Source: Phoronis australis (lineage: Eukaryota > Animalia > Phoronida). From it: a DNA stretch of 64,000 nt. The translations under genes and the position numbers were made by a program. The notes under the pieces are model-generated. The model was given only the letters and a program-made list of their open reading frames with translations. It had not been told where the DNA came from and searched no databases. The stretch lies in the NCBI GenBank assembly GCA_002633005.1, contig NMRA01000089.1, forward strand, positions 186,001 through 250,000, given 5' to 3'. Positions 1 to 13,408 of the stretch are shown in pieces; the stretch's first letter is position 1, and each line of letters begins with the position of its first letter.

Positions 1-2490
1 TGTGTAAACTAATTGTATTGGCTTCCTTATTTGGAAACTTATTGAACAAGTTTGTCTTTATTTTGACTTCACATTACAAAGTAGTTATAACCTGCATTCC
101 ATCCAATCAGCAAACTTGATTTAGTTTTAAACGAACCGCCATAAAATTGGTCTCAACTTTTTCCTAACTCATACGAGGAGTTCTGCATGATCGAGCTCGG
201 CACATTATAACGCACACTCATATCGAATTCTTTAATACAAATTTCCAAACCCCAAGCAGGGACTTTGATTTCAAAACAACTAAATGTGTTACAGTACATC
301 AGATCACAAACATAGTTAATACTGTCACAACACATCTCAATGATGATTTTTTACCCTTCTGCACTTGGCCAACAATTTAACAACTAGCCTTGTTCCTGCC
401 GACAGCACACAATTGGCTTCTGAGGTAAACTAACATGCAGTCATATTATGCTATATTCCAAAACATTCTGAGTTGAGTGGCCTGTTAGTTGTTTGTTTTT
501 TGGGGATGACATCAAGAATATTATGTTGTTGCAGTAAATCTTCCAAAATAGAAAATTATTAAATTCATGAACATTTTGAAATTCCACAATACTGCGGGGT
601 ATTAGTATGCCCATGTTCAGAATCAGTACATTTGACTGATGTCACACTGAGGTCACATTTCACTGAAAGAATGACTAAATATATCTCAAAGTTAAAACTC
701 TTTACATTAAGTATCAAACTCAGCACAAGAGAGGCAAACTCGTTGCGGCATAATTCAAACTTCATTGTTATTGCAATGAGTCGGGTTATAAATGGCTAGG
801 GTGACTGTATGGACCAGATTAATTTTCTTACGTTTGTGTAAGTACCTGACCCCAATTTTTTGAAATTTCCAATTTAAGCTCCCGTGTATGGATTAAGAGC
901 CCACCCATTGAGTTTCACGTTACCCTATTTAGCAGAGCGTTTATAGTAGTTGGAACTAGTACGATGAATGACATGCACTTTTCAAATAACATTCATTTTT
1001 TAAAAGAAAATTTACGACCAAATTTCCATCAACATTTGAAGTATTTAAAGTTGAATTTGCCCCTTTTAGAGCTGGGTAAGTAACTCAAAATTAAGCCCTC
1101 TCATCTCTCATATAATTGGTCTCGTAATATTCCTAAGCAATACAGGATTTCATTTACGTTACCAACTCAGGTCACAAGCACCATATACATGTGCCATTTT
1201 TGAATTTACAATTTTATGGTTGGTCAACCTCAATACAGTCTGAAGCATTATGAGTCACTGATGGTTTCAATGTTCCTGTTGAATAGAAATAGAATCCTAT
1301 CATGTTTAAGATTGTTATGAGACCGATTTTATGAAAATAAAAGAATTAATTCCATTTCCATTTTCAAGCAGCTAAATAGGGCGAAATTCAGCCTTTATAA
1401 TACAGCTGTTCATGGAATCTAAATCACATTATTTCAACAACACAACCATTTATATTAAAGCCTATCTTCAATGGTAACACCTGTAAATTTGGTTCCTACA
1501 GTATGTTAAGAGCATCCCTCTGAGCCCACTAGTGCCATAAGTTGCCAAATGTAGTGAACTGTTAGGCGTATTGGCTTGCTTTTGTCTACGTCACCGTGAG
1601 AATCACTTTTTAATTCGAACAGCTGCGAATAGCACCCACACGCAATGGTGTTCTATTCAGGCCCCTATCCAATACCACCTTTTGTTGTTTGTGCTGGGAT
1701 CTCGCAGTGACGCAACATGGCACAAAAAGGCAGCTTCACTTTATCATTTGACGGGCTTACACTTACGTGATTGAACTTGAGTTTTCTTATTTTACTAAGG
1801 CTTTGCTAGGACTATCTGGTTAGCCCAAAACATCTAAAATAACAAAATTCCATTGAAGTTAGGCTTTATAATTCTACTCGTGATATTAATACAGGTAACA
1901 CTCAGCAATTTAAAGGTGCCAGTGGTTAGACTTGTTCAATGAAAGAACATCAATAAGTCCTTAAAATATTCTGGTCAAAGAAATCTAAAAATCAACAATG
2001 AGTTGAATTTTTTAACAGTTTAAAGCATCATGCATAAAGATATAAAATGAATTGATTTGTACTTCAATCATTCCTAACAAGAAGTAGTATTTCAATGCAA
2101 TAACCTTGCATAAGGTTTGATCATCTCTAGGAACACACTGCAGCAATAACCTGCAGCAATTCAACATTTTTAAGTTAGAAAAATTAAACTGCATACCTAT
2201 AATATGATGTTAACCACATGACTAACCTGAATAAAATGATTAAAACGAAGAAAAACTACCACAAAATAAAGTGAAAATTTAGAAAATGCATAATAATATC
2301 AACAAGCAAATGATACACAAAGTGAAAAAGTTACAAAAATCATAAAGAATGTGTGAAACCATAGACGTCTATTTTAAAAATGATCAAGCTGCTCAGCACA
2401 TATTCTAAATGATACTCGATTTTTAATGACTTTTTGGCATGCCACATGCACTGCGAAAGAAAAACGTAATGAGTTCGCTAACGGACCTAC

Positions 2491-2505
2491 CCGAACCGTT
2501 TCATA
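2491..2505 (-). CDS. NRXN: candidate 15-nt neurexin microexon (YETVR) at the splice-site-2 position
   Basis: Minus strand reads tttctctgtcattttAG|TATGAAACGGTTCGG|GTAGGT. It is phase 0-0 and frame-preserving after the phase-0 exon ending at 2970. GCATG and TGCATG motifs lie 40-55 nt downstream. Confidence 0.65.
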
Positions 2506-2969
2506 CTAAAATGACAGAGAAAGCCTTTAAATGACCTTTCAATCAGTCACAACCATTGCTGCATTCCATAGACGCTCGCGAGAAAAGCTGGCATGATCAC
2601 ACACTTCACTTGTAATGCATGACGATATCTCACGAAGTCACATGATCATGCTTTTCAAGAGTACCTCGCATCTACAGAACGCAGCTGTGACTCCATGAAC
2701 AGGACACAGACAAGTGTGCTGGACTAACCTGATGACATCACAGTCAGACAATTACTACACTGGTTATTGTACTGATTAAACAAATTATCACTGTTAAAAA
2801 CATGCAAACCTATTGTAATGTTGTTTATCACCTCAGGTTTACACAGCCGGCATGGGATGACCAGTTTAAACAGAGTACAAATCACCCAGATGGCGAATGC
2901 TCAAATACAAACTATCTATTACCAGAATCCAAAATGTGTCGCTGACGATAAACATGTTGCTCCACCTAC

Positions 2970-3133
2970 CTCCCGAGCTTCTCTGGTAACCAAGAGTTCA
3001 TGCCAGACATTGTCATCTAATCTAGCACCGTCATCTGGTGTCACAGATACCTCGTACACACCAGACCCAAGATTCATAGCCAGCACTACAGCGCCATCTT
3101 TCAGTGCAATGTTTAAATAGTCAGAACCATCAC
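2970..3133 (-). CDS. NRXN: alpha-neurexin exon, LNS2 middle (164 nt, phase 1-0)
   Basis: Acceptor ccttccttactaccttAG and donor GAG|GTAGGT. Translates GDGSDYLNIALKDGAVVLAMNLGSGVYEVSVTPDDGARLDDNVWHELLVTREARE, homologous to vertebrate [25 protein letters not shown]...FNDNAWHDVKVTRNLRQ. Confidence 0.93.
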
Positions 3134-5053
3134 CTAAGGTAGTAAGGAAGGCCCTTCACCATGACAACCAAGACACCATAGTTACCAAAGCAATACTCCA
3201 CACTCTACTTGAGCGTAAGCATTAGTCATGCATATTCTCATAATGATATGACTTGTTACCAACAAGGGACAACAACTATTGACGTGTATTTCAATAGGTT
3301 TTTGGATGTGATTTAAAAACTAACTGTACAATAATGTAAAATGAATTTTTGACCTACAAAATGACAGTCCAATATCCATTGTCCCAATACACTCTAAATA
3401 ATGACATGTTTTATCTCAACAAAAGACCCGCAAAGTTTCCTCGGCAAAATGACAGGCATAAGCTTTGTAAGCTATGACCTCATGAAGGTTCCTTGACTGG
3501 TCATTTCTTTATTCTGTCCATTCTCAATTTATCAATTACATTGCAGAGGTGTGATAGAAAAATTATTTTTTATCAATGAACAGCGTCTTTTGAATAGGTT
3601 TCAGGCATAACCTATATACATATTCAGATACATATTCATATTCAATATAAGCATTTAGCTACAAAACCGATGAATTCAGCTAAAAAGTATTTATTTTTAT
3701 TCATGTGTTTTTTTGAAGTAGGGAGCGTGTAGAATTTTGGATTTACATAATACCAAGTTACTATTGCATTGACCATGTGACCAAATCATTTTAAGTAGGC
3801 GATAAGTAAAAAGAAAAATAGGTTCATAGCAAAGCAGCGCTATATGTAATATTACAGTTAGACCAAATTTCTTTTGAAGTTAATGCTCAAAAATATTGGC
3901 TTTGCAATTTTCATTTCATGTTTGCTTTTGGAGTTAATAATAAAAACCACAAATGATCAATTTCTGATAGCATCAATCATGATTACTTCTTAAAAGCATT
4001 TTTGAGAACACAGTGAAATCAAGGTATTTGAAACGTTCATTTGAAACTGATGAGACATTCGGAAATATAATGCTCTCAAGTAAAGACAAAGTCAATACTC
4101 CTACCTATTTTTGGCCAAACCATGCCATGAGAATAACCTTTAACTGACCTCGCTACACCAAGACTAGCCTAGGTGCGAGGTGCTTTACCCCAGCCAAGCA
4201 TCAAGTCAAGCCTATTCCTAAAGAAATGCTGGAGTTAATTGAGCATTAACTCTTTTGTTAGAAAGTAGTGCAACTGTAATTGTTTCCCCTAGTTAGGCTT
4301 ATAGCATAAGAAACATAAAGGGTGTAGTAATGAGGTGTCTGCAGATGATCAGGGTGAAAGGGGTATAAGTTGTAAGTACAACTAATTAATTATGACAACG
4401 AGGTTATAAAGGCTAACGAAGTTCACATTATGGAAACTTTAGACTGATCACCCACCAAACATTGGTCTGCTACATAATAACAGCCATTTGTTGCCCTGAT
4501 ACCTAAGCATTAGAGCTGCATTTAGGAGACAAATTCCTTTGTTCGCAATCAGGAGCAATAGACTTCTTGCAAGTTAAGAAGCAAGGTGAACTTTTGTCCT
4601 GTTTCCTTAAGCGTAATGACGCTGACCTGTATCTGAAGAGCAGGAATTTGCTTGAGGTTCGGTAGGCATGATGTAGCAAGTGGTTTATAGTGATAACACA
4701 TTTTGTCTGTGTCAGCATAATGCAGCAAGTTTACCTTCTCCGTGAATAAAGTGGAGTAAAACACCCTATGTTTTGATACACTCTTCAATTGATTTGTTGT
4801 TATTTTTTCATTTGGAATGCAAACAATTCACATTTCAAACCATTTTCAGTTTTTGAATCCATATGATTTCATTTCGATAAGTGATTAAAAATGTTTTCCT
4901 TGATTGTGGCTTATGACTTTCAATGTCTAGAGAAAATAACCAATTTTCATTAATCGAAACTACGGTGTGTTTTCCTAAAAAATGACAACCAGTCAAGCAT
5001 ATAAATATGTGCAAAACTATCCTTCAAGTATGTCGCCTAGGTAATACGAATAC

Positions 5054-5188
5054 CTGAATAAAAGAGCATGCCACTGGGTCTCCTAGTCTTGAACCACAAA
5101 GATAACTTCTCTGAGCTACTATCCATGTGCTTGGTAGTGTAATGGACGTATTGTTCACCATAGAACGTGGCGATCACTGGCACTTTCA
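5054..5188 (-). CDS. NRXN: alpha-neurexin exon, start of LNS2 (135 nt, phase 1-1)
   Basis: Acceptor ttttctccatttcAG and donor CAG|GTATTC. Translates (V)KVPVIATFYGEQYVHYTTKHMDSSSEKLSLWFKTRRPSGMLFYS(G), matching the neurexin LNS2 N-terminus (ATF.G..Y..Y...SS...L.FKT....G.....G). Not in the supplied ORF track. Confidence 0.92.
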
Positions 5189-5529
5189 CTGAAATGGAGA
5201 AAAAATTTCTTCATCACAAAAATTGTCTGAGGAGGATTGAAGAAAGTTTGACATTAAAGAGGCATGCTGCTATTTAACTGAAATTACATTCCATACAAAA
5301 GTAACAAATGTCAAAAACTAAGTTTTGAATAATCATGCTACACAAATCTCCATTGCTAACCGCTTTATTTTTTAATTGCAGAGTAATGGTATTATGAAAA
5401 GATATCTATCTCAAATCAGACCCAGAAATATGTGATTTACATTATATATTCCTATGAACACTTTAACTGGTTTGATTTTTCTATATTGAGATGAGATTGG
5501 GTTCAAAGGTCACAAGACATTGTCCAGAG

Positions 5530-5790
5530 GCATCTTAGCCAACCAATAAGCATTTAGCCCAGGGGCAGATTTGCTCTCATTAAGTATTTAGTCCAGGGTC
5601 ATTATTGCCTTTCAATAAGCATTTAGACACAACAGCATCTTTGCCCCCAAGCATTTAGTAAAGTGGTAATTTCACCCACCAATAAGCAGTAAGTTCAGGA
5701 GCCACTTTGTACTACAAGCATTAAGCAAAGTGTCACTTTTTCCCTAAATTACATGTTTAGGAAAGGGACATCTTTGCCTCCTTAAAATCA
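5530..5790. repeat. degenerate ~35-bp tandem repeat
   Basis: Recurrent (c)aataagcatttag / caagcatttag cores at roughly regular spacing. Confidence 0.5.
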
Positions 5791-6199
5791 CTTATTAAAG
5801 GGGCGCACTGGTCAAGACAGAGCAACAGGAGAAGCTGGTGTGTGGATATGTAGCAGTGGCCATGTGAACTCAACTGTATAGGAAAACTGTCCGTGTGAAC
5901 TCAACTGAACAAGAAAACAGTGTCCGTGTGAATTCAACTGTACACATCATAACTGATACTTGGTTTCTTGTTAACTTGTGTTTACACAGCAGTTGCTTTG
6001 TGGGAGGCCCATGGCGCAAATTGAATTCAAACTCATATAAGGGGTCATCAAGTACAACTTCTTATCACATACCTATCGGCACCAATTAACATTACTAGAG
6101 CACAAAATCAAAGAGTGCCATCTCATATAGAAAGCCAAAGCAGAAAAAAATTCCAGGACTTTTCTATGTAAGATTTAAAAACAGTCCAAAAAAACAACC

Positions 6200-6690
6200 C
6201 AGAACCAAAATCTTTCATGTCAGGAACTATAATTTATCATGACAAAGAGCACATGCCAGGACGTAAAATTTAATATGTCAGGGCCGAAAATTTATCACGC
6301 AAGAAAATTTTCATGCAAGACGATCATGTGACCATCCACGAGCATTGATCCTTCAAAAGATAACATCAGTATTTCAGGTACACAAGGGCTAAGCATTCAA
6401 AAGTGTCTTGCTGTCTTCACTCATATTAGCATGACAATGAGGTTGAATTTCTTTTGTCTCTTTCACCCTTTACAACAGATGTCAGTGTACACTTGGCCTT
6501 TTGGACACATTAGACTTGAATACCGCTGAGTATTACAGAGATACAGTGGATTGTCATTGTTGGATAGTAGTGGATGGTCATGTGGTCTCCTGGTATGAAA
6601 ATTTTCGGTCCTGGCGTGATAAATTTTCTGTCTTGACGTGAAAAATTTTTGGTCCTGACATGTTAAATTTTGGTCCTGACGTGAAAATTG
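6200..6690. mobile_element. foldback/MITE-like element with long subrepeated inverted arms
   Basis: 6200-6340 (..gtcaggac..aaaatttatcacg..gtgaccatccac) is the approximate reverse complement of 6570-6690 (gtggatggtca..cgtgataaattt..gtcctgac). Confidence 0.55.
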
Positions 6691-9600
6691 ACTAAAATCA
6701 TTAAAAAATCATGATAAAAGGGTTTTTGAGATTTCATCTTGAATAGTTATACCAAATAAATTACGGTAGGTCATGTTATTGATGTCGTTATTCTTCTGTA
6801 AATGTACCTTTCTTTTTTTGCTATATTTTATGAAAATCAAGATTACATGACCCCAATTTAATTGGTAAACAGCCAAAACTCAAATTCTACAGGCTTTCTC
6901 CTTTAACAAAATTATACATTTTAACTCGGAAAGTAAATATCTTGCAGATATTTGCCTAAATAAACACATTTGTCAATAAAGTCCTGCATACACTTCCACT
7001 GGCAGTCGAATCTCGGGCCGAGGGGTCTGCTATCTTTCATCACCATTCTTAAAGGTCCTTAGGAGGGAAGAGAGGCAGAGGGCAAAAACAGACAAAAGTA
7101 ATTGAAAAGACCAACAGGGGAGCTAGAGAAGAGTCCACCACAGGACAAATCCCTCTGTAACAAGACAGGAACAGTCACCTCCAATTATATTTGGCAAATT
7201 TTGCTAACATCTATCAAGAAACTTGGTAGATATTGAGGTATGCAAAAAATGAACTGCCACTGGGAGACACCACAGTAGTCATACATGTTCCACAAACAAT
7301 GTTAGTTTTATTCTCCCTAATTTCAGCTCATCTACTAAATTTCTACATGAAATTCGATATTGAGAAGAAACTTGGTAGAAAATGGCGCAAAGACAAAAAA
7401 CAAATTTGCCACAGTACATTCGCCCACATGAAAATCAGTCAGCCGCACGTATCTCAGTAAGAATGCGTGTGAAATTTCACATTGATCTTTTAAGCAGTTT
7501 GGTAGATAGAGGCAGACACCAAAACACAGAATAATGTAAAAACAATAAAAATGACCTTTCAGCACACTTATCTCAGCAGTTTGGATGGTATTCCCTCTAA
7601 GTCATGCAGACATGAAAAACCACCCCAGAGCTACCTTTTGCAAATATACACATCTATAAAGGAATACAAATTTAAAATCAAAGCATTTATTACGCGATAT
7701 AAGAGTAAAATCTTACCATTTCCTATGAGACATACATGAAATCTCACCATCTGCTAAATGATATATCATGAAATCTTAGCAGACAATATGGTGGGAGACA
7801 AAATTCATAAAAGTTGAGTAGAACCAAATGAAAAGGTTCAATTTTATGCAGTTCTATACCCTATCTTCCATAAGACAATATTTTGAGAAACTGTGGTCAT
7901 ACACATAACTAACAGCCTTAAAAACGAAGAAGATAGATTTTGGGAACTAATTTTAACTTAAATTGAAGATTTTTCTTGATTGAAATCTATTCTTAATTGT
8001 CTCTACCAAATGCTCCCAGACAGCAATATACTGTCCCACTTTAACCTTTCGAGAGAAGAAATCTGTAGACTAAAAGATTAGGTATTGATTTTTACTCCAA
8101 TTAATGTAATTAATGCACTAAAGAACGAGTAGACATCAAGCAAGTCAGAAGACAGCTTGTAGAACCAGCAAGTCAGTCCCACCTCCTCATCTTCATTTTG
8201 TTACCGATTTGTCTCACTTTTATATGATTAAAAGAACAATATTCAAGCATACTTTTACATTAATAAAATTGAATTTCCGGATTCCTTGCTCTTATAATTA
8301 CTATGTTGTTGTCTTTCCAGGAACAAGTTTCACCACTAAGAAAATGAGAGTTTTACCAGCAAATGATTTTATTTACAATAGACAGAAACAATTTTTAAAC
8401 CATATTCAAGCTTGGATTTAAAAATAGTCTAAACAGCAAGCAACACAACTAGTGAAAACCTTGATTTTCTTCTTTAACCCAACAAAACAATTTCAGTATA
8501 ATTATAAAAAAACACCACCTCAGTAGTAGATATAGTAGGGATATGTCAATACTAAAGAAGCTAGTCAAAATAAGTTGGTTATAGGAGTTACTAGTCTCCT
8601 ACTTTAGTTGTTTGCAGACAAACCTGAAGTGATGTATTTGGGAAATGATATTTAATGAGACCTAAATGATGTTAGCTTGTGCATGGGCTTAATATACCGT
8701 ATGCTGGCTCGGGCAGATCCAAATATTCGCTGGCTCAGACAGAGCCAAAGATACGCTGGCTCAGCCAGAGACAAAAATATGCATGGGCACTTAAATGGAC
8801 AATTCCCAAGACTGCTCAATATCATAACAGTTCGCGATAATGTCACAGTGATGGCATCCATTTTCTGTGAAACTGGAAATTTTTTAAGTTCAACAATCCA
8901 AAGTCTTTATCCAAATACACACCCGAACATGGTGTCTAGAATTTTTGCTTGTATACCCCATTAGGATAGTCTGCTGAGAACTCCTAGCTGACACAAAGAA
9001 GTATGGTTAGCAAAGCACTTGAGTCAAGTGAAAAATGCATCAGGAAGATATTGGCTGTGGCCACTCACATTGTAAAGAACAATCCATTTTAACTAAAAAC
9101 ACACAATGTATGTACCAAATGTATTTCCATGTGGTCAAGCTATTAAAAGCTTTGTGATGACCACTAAATGACAGAGAGTTCACTGAAGGAATTAATAACA
9201 ACTTGAAGTATAGTGTTCCTAGTTATTATAACCAGATATCAATAGTAAATGAAGATCACCTCTGATGCTAACCTTGATACCGGAGTGTACTCAAGAAAAC
9301 AGCAAATTGCTATTCTTGTGCTTTAAATGCAGTACAGATCTGTAATTTCAGACATTGACGAAAGACAATTACAAATATTTTTTTCGCACCAATGAAATCT
9401 TTCCATAAGAAAGAAAGCAAGAGACAAGGATTTTTCATGGGAAATGATATAACACAGTACTTTCGCAACCTACAGTTTACCAATTACTCGTCTAGACTAA
9501 TAGTTACAGGGCGCTTAAACTGTGGAATACAAAACAGAGAGTGGCCATGACAATGAGAATAGGCGTTTAACAAAAAAAATATTTAAGAAGTCTATTGAAA

Positions 9601-12600
9601 TTGTAAGTGCACAAGTCTGACTTACGGACAAGAAACAAATGAAATGTGAAGACAAGGTGCTGATTATCTCTTGACTGTTTGTAAATATATCTTTCAGGAT
9701 CACACTGTGGTTTAATTACTTGATCCCACATCTCATTTCGCATTCAAAAATGATGCTTTTAAGGTTATGTGTACCTCTTTTTGACAAGCAAGAGCCATGC
9801 AGGGCATTGCACCGTTAAAAGTGGCCAAGATGTAAGGGGAGTTAATTTTTCAAATATTTCCTCCCACAACAGCGAGCAAAGAGTGAACTAAACGTTGAAT
9901 CTACCGGATGCAGTGCCGTGGTCATCCAAAAACAAGCACATGCAATCTTCATAATATTGAGGTTACAGCGAAGAAAACTGAAATTACCATGAGGGGGCAC
10001 TGCAGCAGTTATACATATCCCCTAATCAATGTCAGTCATGCTGATCCTAATTGAAACTCATTGCCATGATGAGCTTTCAAGGTGTTTGGCAGAACACCAA
10101 AAGTGAACACTAAACCAATAATATTATAGTTACACAGGATAGTTTACTTCCTTGACAGGAGAGTGCACCGGGCACAACTAGCACCCTCTATACAAAGCTA
10201 ATCATCTTGGTGTAATTAAGCCAGAGCCAAAGTTAGACAAAGTGGTCGCTTTTGTGCCACTATTTCATGTCAAAATTCAGAACAAAATTGCACGGGATGA
10301 AGTTTCCTTGGGTTTCCCAGGGTTCAATCAAAGCAAAACGTATTCTATATTCTGAAACAAATGACATACAATTTGAATATTTTACACTTCAAATGAAATA
10401 TTTCTTCATTTGATTTTTCCAACTGAACTTTGTTATTTTAGTATGTGCCATACTAAACATGAGAATAGCCATTACACTAGCGAAGACATTCTATGTGACT
10501 TTGAGTTACATTCTCTAGTTTGAAGTGAAAATACATTTTCCAGATTGTTGTTGGATGGCATAGACTTCTAGACGTTACCAGCTTTGACCAGAGTCGAATA
10601 GAATTTGAGCTAGCTGTGGAATTCAAATTCTAGCCAAACTAAAATGTTGAAGGTAAACACTGTGCCACCACCTTGCCTTGGGACAAGAACATTACAGAGA
10701 AATGTTTTTGCTATTTTGGGACAGACATTCTTTAAGTGCAAATGTAAAATTCAACCTCTTACTGGTTCTGTTGTCTGCTCTTATACCAAAATCTAGCCAA
10801 TACATCATCTCCGACTCTGAAAAGTTTGAGATTTGGGGTTGGTGCTCTAATTAATAACCTTACACAGCTAAGCTTTGAAATGCACCAATAACTACACTTG
10901 TACATTTCCAGAGATGTTTATTACTATCAGGCATCATGGGTAAACTAAAGTGCTTCTAAGAGGTGTTTATTACTGAGGTATTATGGATACAGCTAATCTG
11001 GCTACTATGAAATAAAAGCTGAAAATCAACCATAAACAAAACATTCCAGCCATACAATTTTCTGCTAAGGTTAATCAAAAAATCTATTGAGCCATTTTTT
11101 TCAATAAGCAATATCTTATCAAAAACTAAATGGAATAGAGGGGATACTATGACAGAACAAGCGGTCCAATAATCAACTGGTGCAGTAGTAACTCTTGTGT
11201 TTAAACTTTCATCAAATTCTGCCAAGCAATTTTGACAATCAACATTACAAGCAAAGCCGTGTCATAAATTGAAATGGCCAACAGAGGGTGCAACAGGAGC
11301 CATAACAATCATAAAATCATCTAGTGTTCACAAATCTTGTGCATTAAGAGTGTAGAGTTGATAAATTTACAATTAGTCTTTGTTTTGTAACTTGATGATA
11401 GTTGGTAACACTGGAAACTCTCAGTCAGATATTGTGTGTGTGTTTGATTACATGTGACTACAACTTATGTATTGCGTATTACCTATCTTAGCATTAAAAA
11501 TTGAATGTACATGAAATAACCTTGGGCATTATTATAGTGAATTGTAAACATTTCAAGCTTTGAAGTAAAACTTTATAAATATACATGAAATGAATAACAT
11601 AAATATACAGCAGGTGCCAACCTTATACAAATATTGAGTCAGTCCTATTACTTGACGCTTACTCTAGCTTTAAACACACAGTTCATAGTTTATTGATGAT
11701 GTTCCAGTTCATAACTAGACTGACGGTAATTAACACAGAAACGGAGGAAATCATGTCAAGACAGCTTTGTGGCAATTAATTTCATACAAGCCTTCCATAG
11801 GGTAGATAACATCAACATTATAAAATCAATGTATGACCAAAGGAAATACTAAGAATTCTCAAGTTTGTCTGAGTACCATCGAAGTACTCAAGTCGTTTGA
11901 CAAGACAAGTGAAAATGCCTTATACTGTTTGAAATTGATTATCTGATTTCAAGTTAAACACATGAAATGGATGTTGGTAAAGCCTGAAATCTGAGGCAAA
12001 CCTAAAATTCCCTTAATTTTGACTGTCATTGAAATATCAGTGGGGAAGACGCTTTTTAGCAGCTTTCAGGCGGGGGCCCTATATTAAAGGGGGCCCCGTC
12101 TGAAGGCGGTTCAAAACAGGGCCCCCAATATTTAATTATGAGGCCCCATTTTTGAAGCTTGAAATTTAAATTCTTATTTTAATATAAATGAGTCACTTAA
12201 AATAAAGGCTGTTTTACAACATTTTACACTTAACTGCAATTGCCGAAATCTGAAGAAATACATCATGTTAAAGAGATGATGCCAAAACCATGGAAAAATA
12301 TATCATGGAAAATGAAAAGTTTATCAAATCGAAAATTTGAACATCGGTTTCAGTGTCCAAGGGAACGTCCAGGGTTTCTTGTACACGTTTGACAGCAGTG
12401 GTATTCGCATGAATTTCTAAATTACAAAAATATTTTAAGCAAAAATAAATTTTATCATTTTCAATAATGGCCATGTCTCCAAAGGATTCAAGAACAACGG
12501 AAAGTTGTCATCCCTATTGGCAGACACCGGCACTACACAGTGCAGTGCAGCACCTATACACCAGCACCGGTGGTTCTGTGATAAAGATAATGATCAAAAT

Positions 12601-13122
12601 ATTAACTGAACCAACACAGCAGGTAGGTAATGGATAATTTCCCTGGTATTAATCCAGTAAAATTTGGTTGAATTGAGAATCCCAGAAATTCCTATCCCAA
12701 TACAACATTCTTTCCTAGTAAAAAATTTGCTTGAAAAATGCACCGGATCTGGTATATCTACCAATTGTCACATGGAAATGGCATAATTGATTTTACTTCA
12801 CAAGAGACCTGAAGCATAATTCCTTATAAAACAGTTAAAGCTAAATTTCTTTTCTAATTAATAAAAAATTGATATCGAGAAATATGCTTATTAAGCTCAT
12901 CGCACTGGCTTTACATCTCCATATTGAAGAAAATTTTAATTTCAACATTCATTTGCAATTGAGAGACAACCTGCTCTTAGTACAACAGCCATATTTGGGT
13001 GAAGAATTTAAGCCAGTGGAAGGTGTGACAATGTAGACACATAAGGGGGCATTTTATGTTCTAAGTACTATTGAAATAGAAAAGTGGTCAGGAAAGGGGA
13101 GACCCTGAGCCTTGTGGACGTC

Positions 13123-13247
13123 GGACCCATGTCATTAGGAAGTCTTACTTTAAGAACCCATGTCATTAGGAAGTCTTACTTTAAGGACCCATGTCATTAG
13201 GAAGTCTTACTTTAAGGACCCATGTCATTAGGAAGTCTTACTTTAAG
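13123..13247. repeat. 31-bp minisatellite, 4 copies
   Basis: Unit ggacccatgtcattaggaagtcttactttaa, repeated four times near-perfectly. Confidence 0.95.
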
Positions 13248-13408
13248 CCCTATGCCATTTTTGATACACCACTAAACAGAATAAGCTGATCGATGAGTAG
13301 AACAGCCATGACGAGTAGACTATATAAAACTGCTGCAAGCAGCTTTCAAAAGATCTTAACTGGCTCCCCCCACCTTTCTACAATAAACTTGAATTCTCAA
13401 ATTATTAC

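Noticed and set aside
2665-2771. Additional exon-like units (7 nt ATGCGAG; 43 nt ending CAG|GTTAGT) between the 2970 exon and the microexon
   Set aside because: Not frame-preserving alone or together, and the splice signals are weaker.
2818-3120. 100-aa plus-strand ORF
   Set aside because: Antisense shadow of the neurexin exon 2970-3133.
4047-4066. ctgatgagacattcggaaa as a hammerhead ribozyme core (also tcttcag near 59853)
   Set aside because: Stem II and the flanking helices cannot be formed properly.
13356-13408. C-terminal 17 codons of the 263-aa ORF (GNNLRIQVYCRKVGGAS)
   Set aside because: Read-through into the intron past the AAG|GTAATA donor. Neurexin homology resumes in frame at 5188, and I saw no clear nearby polyadenylation signal.
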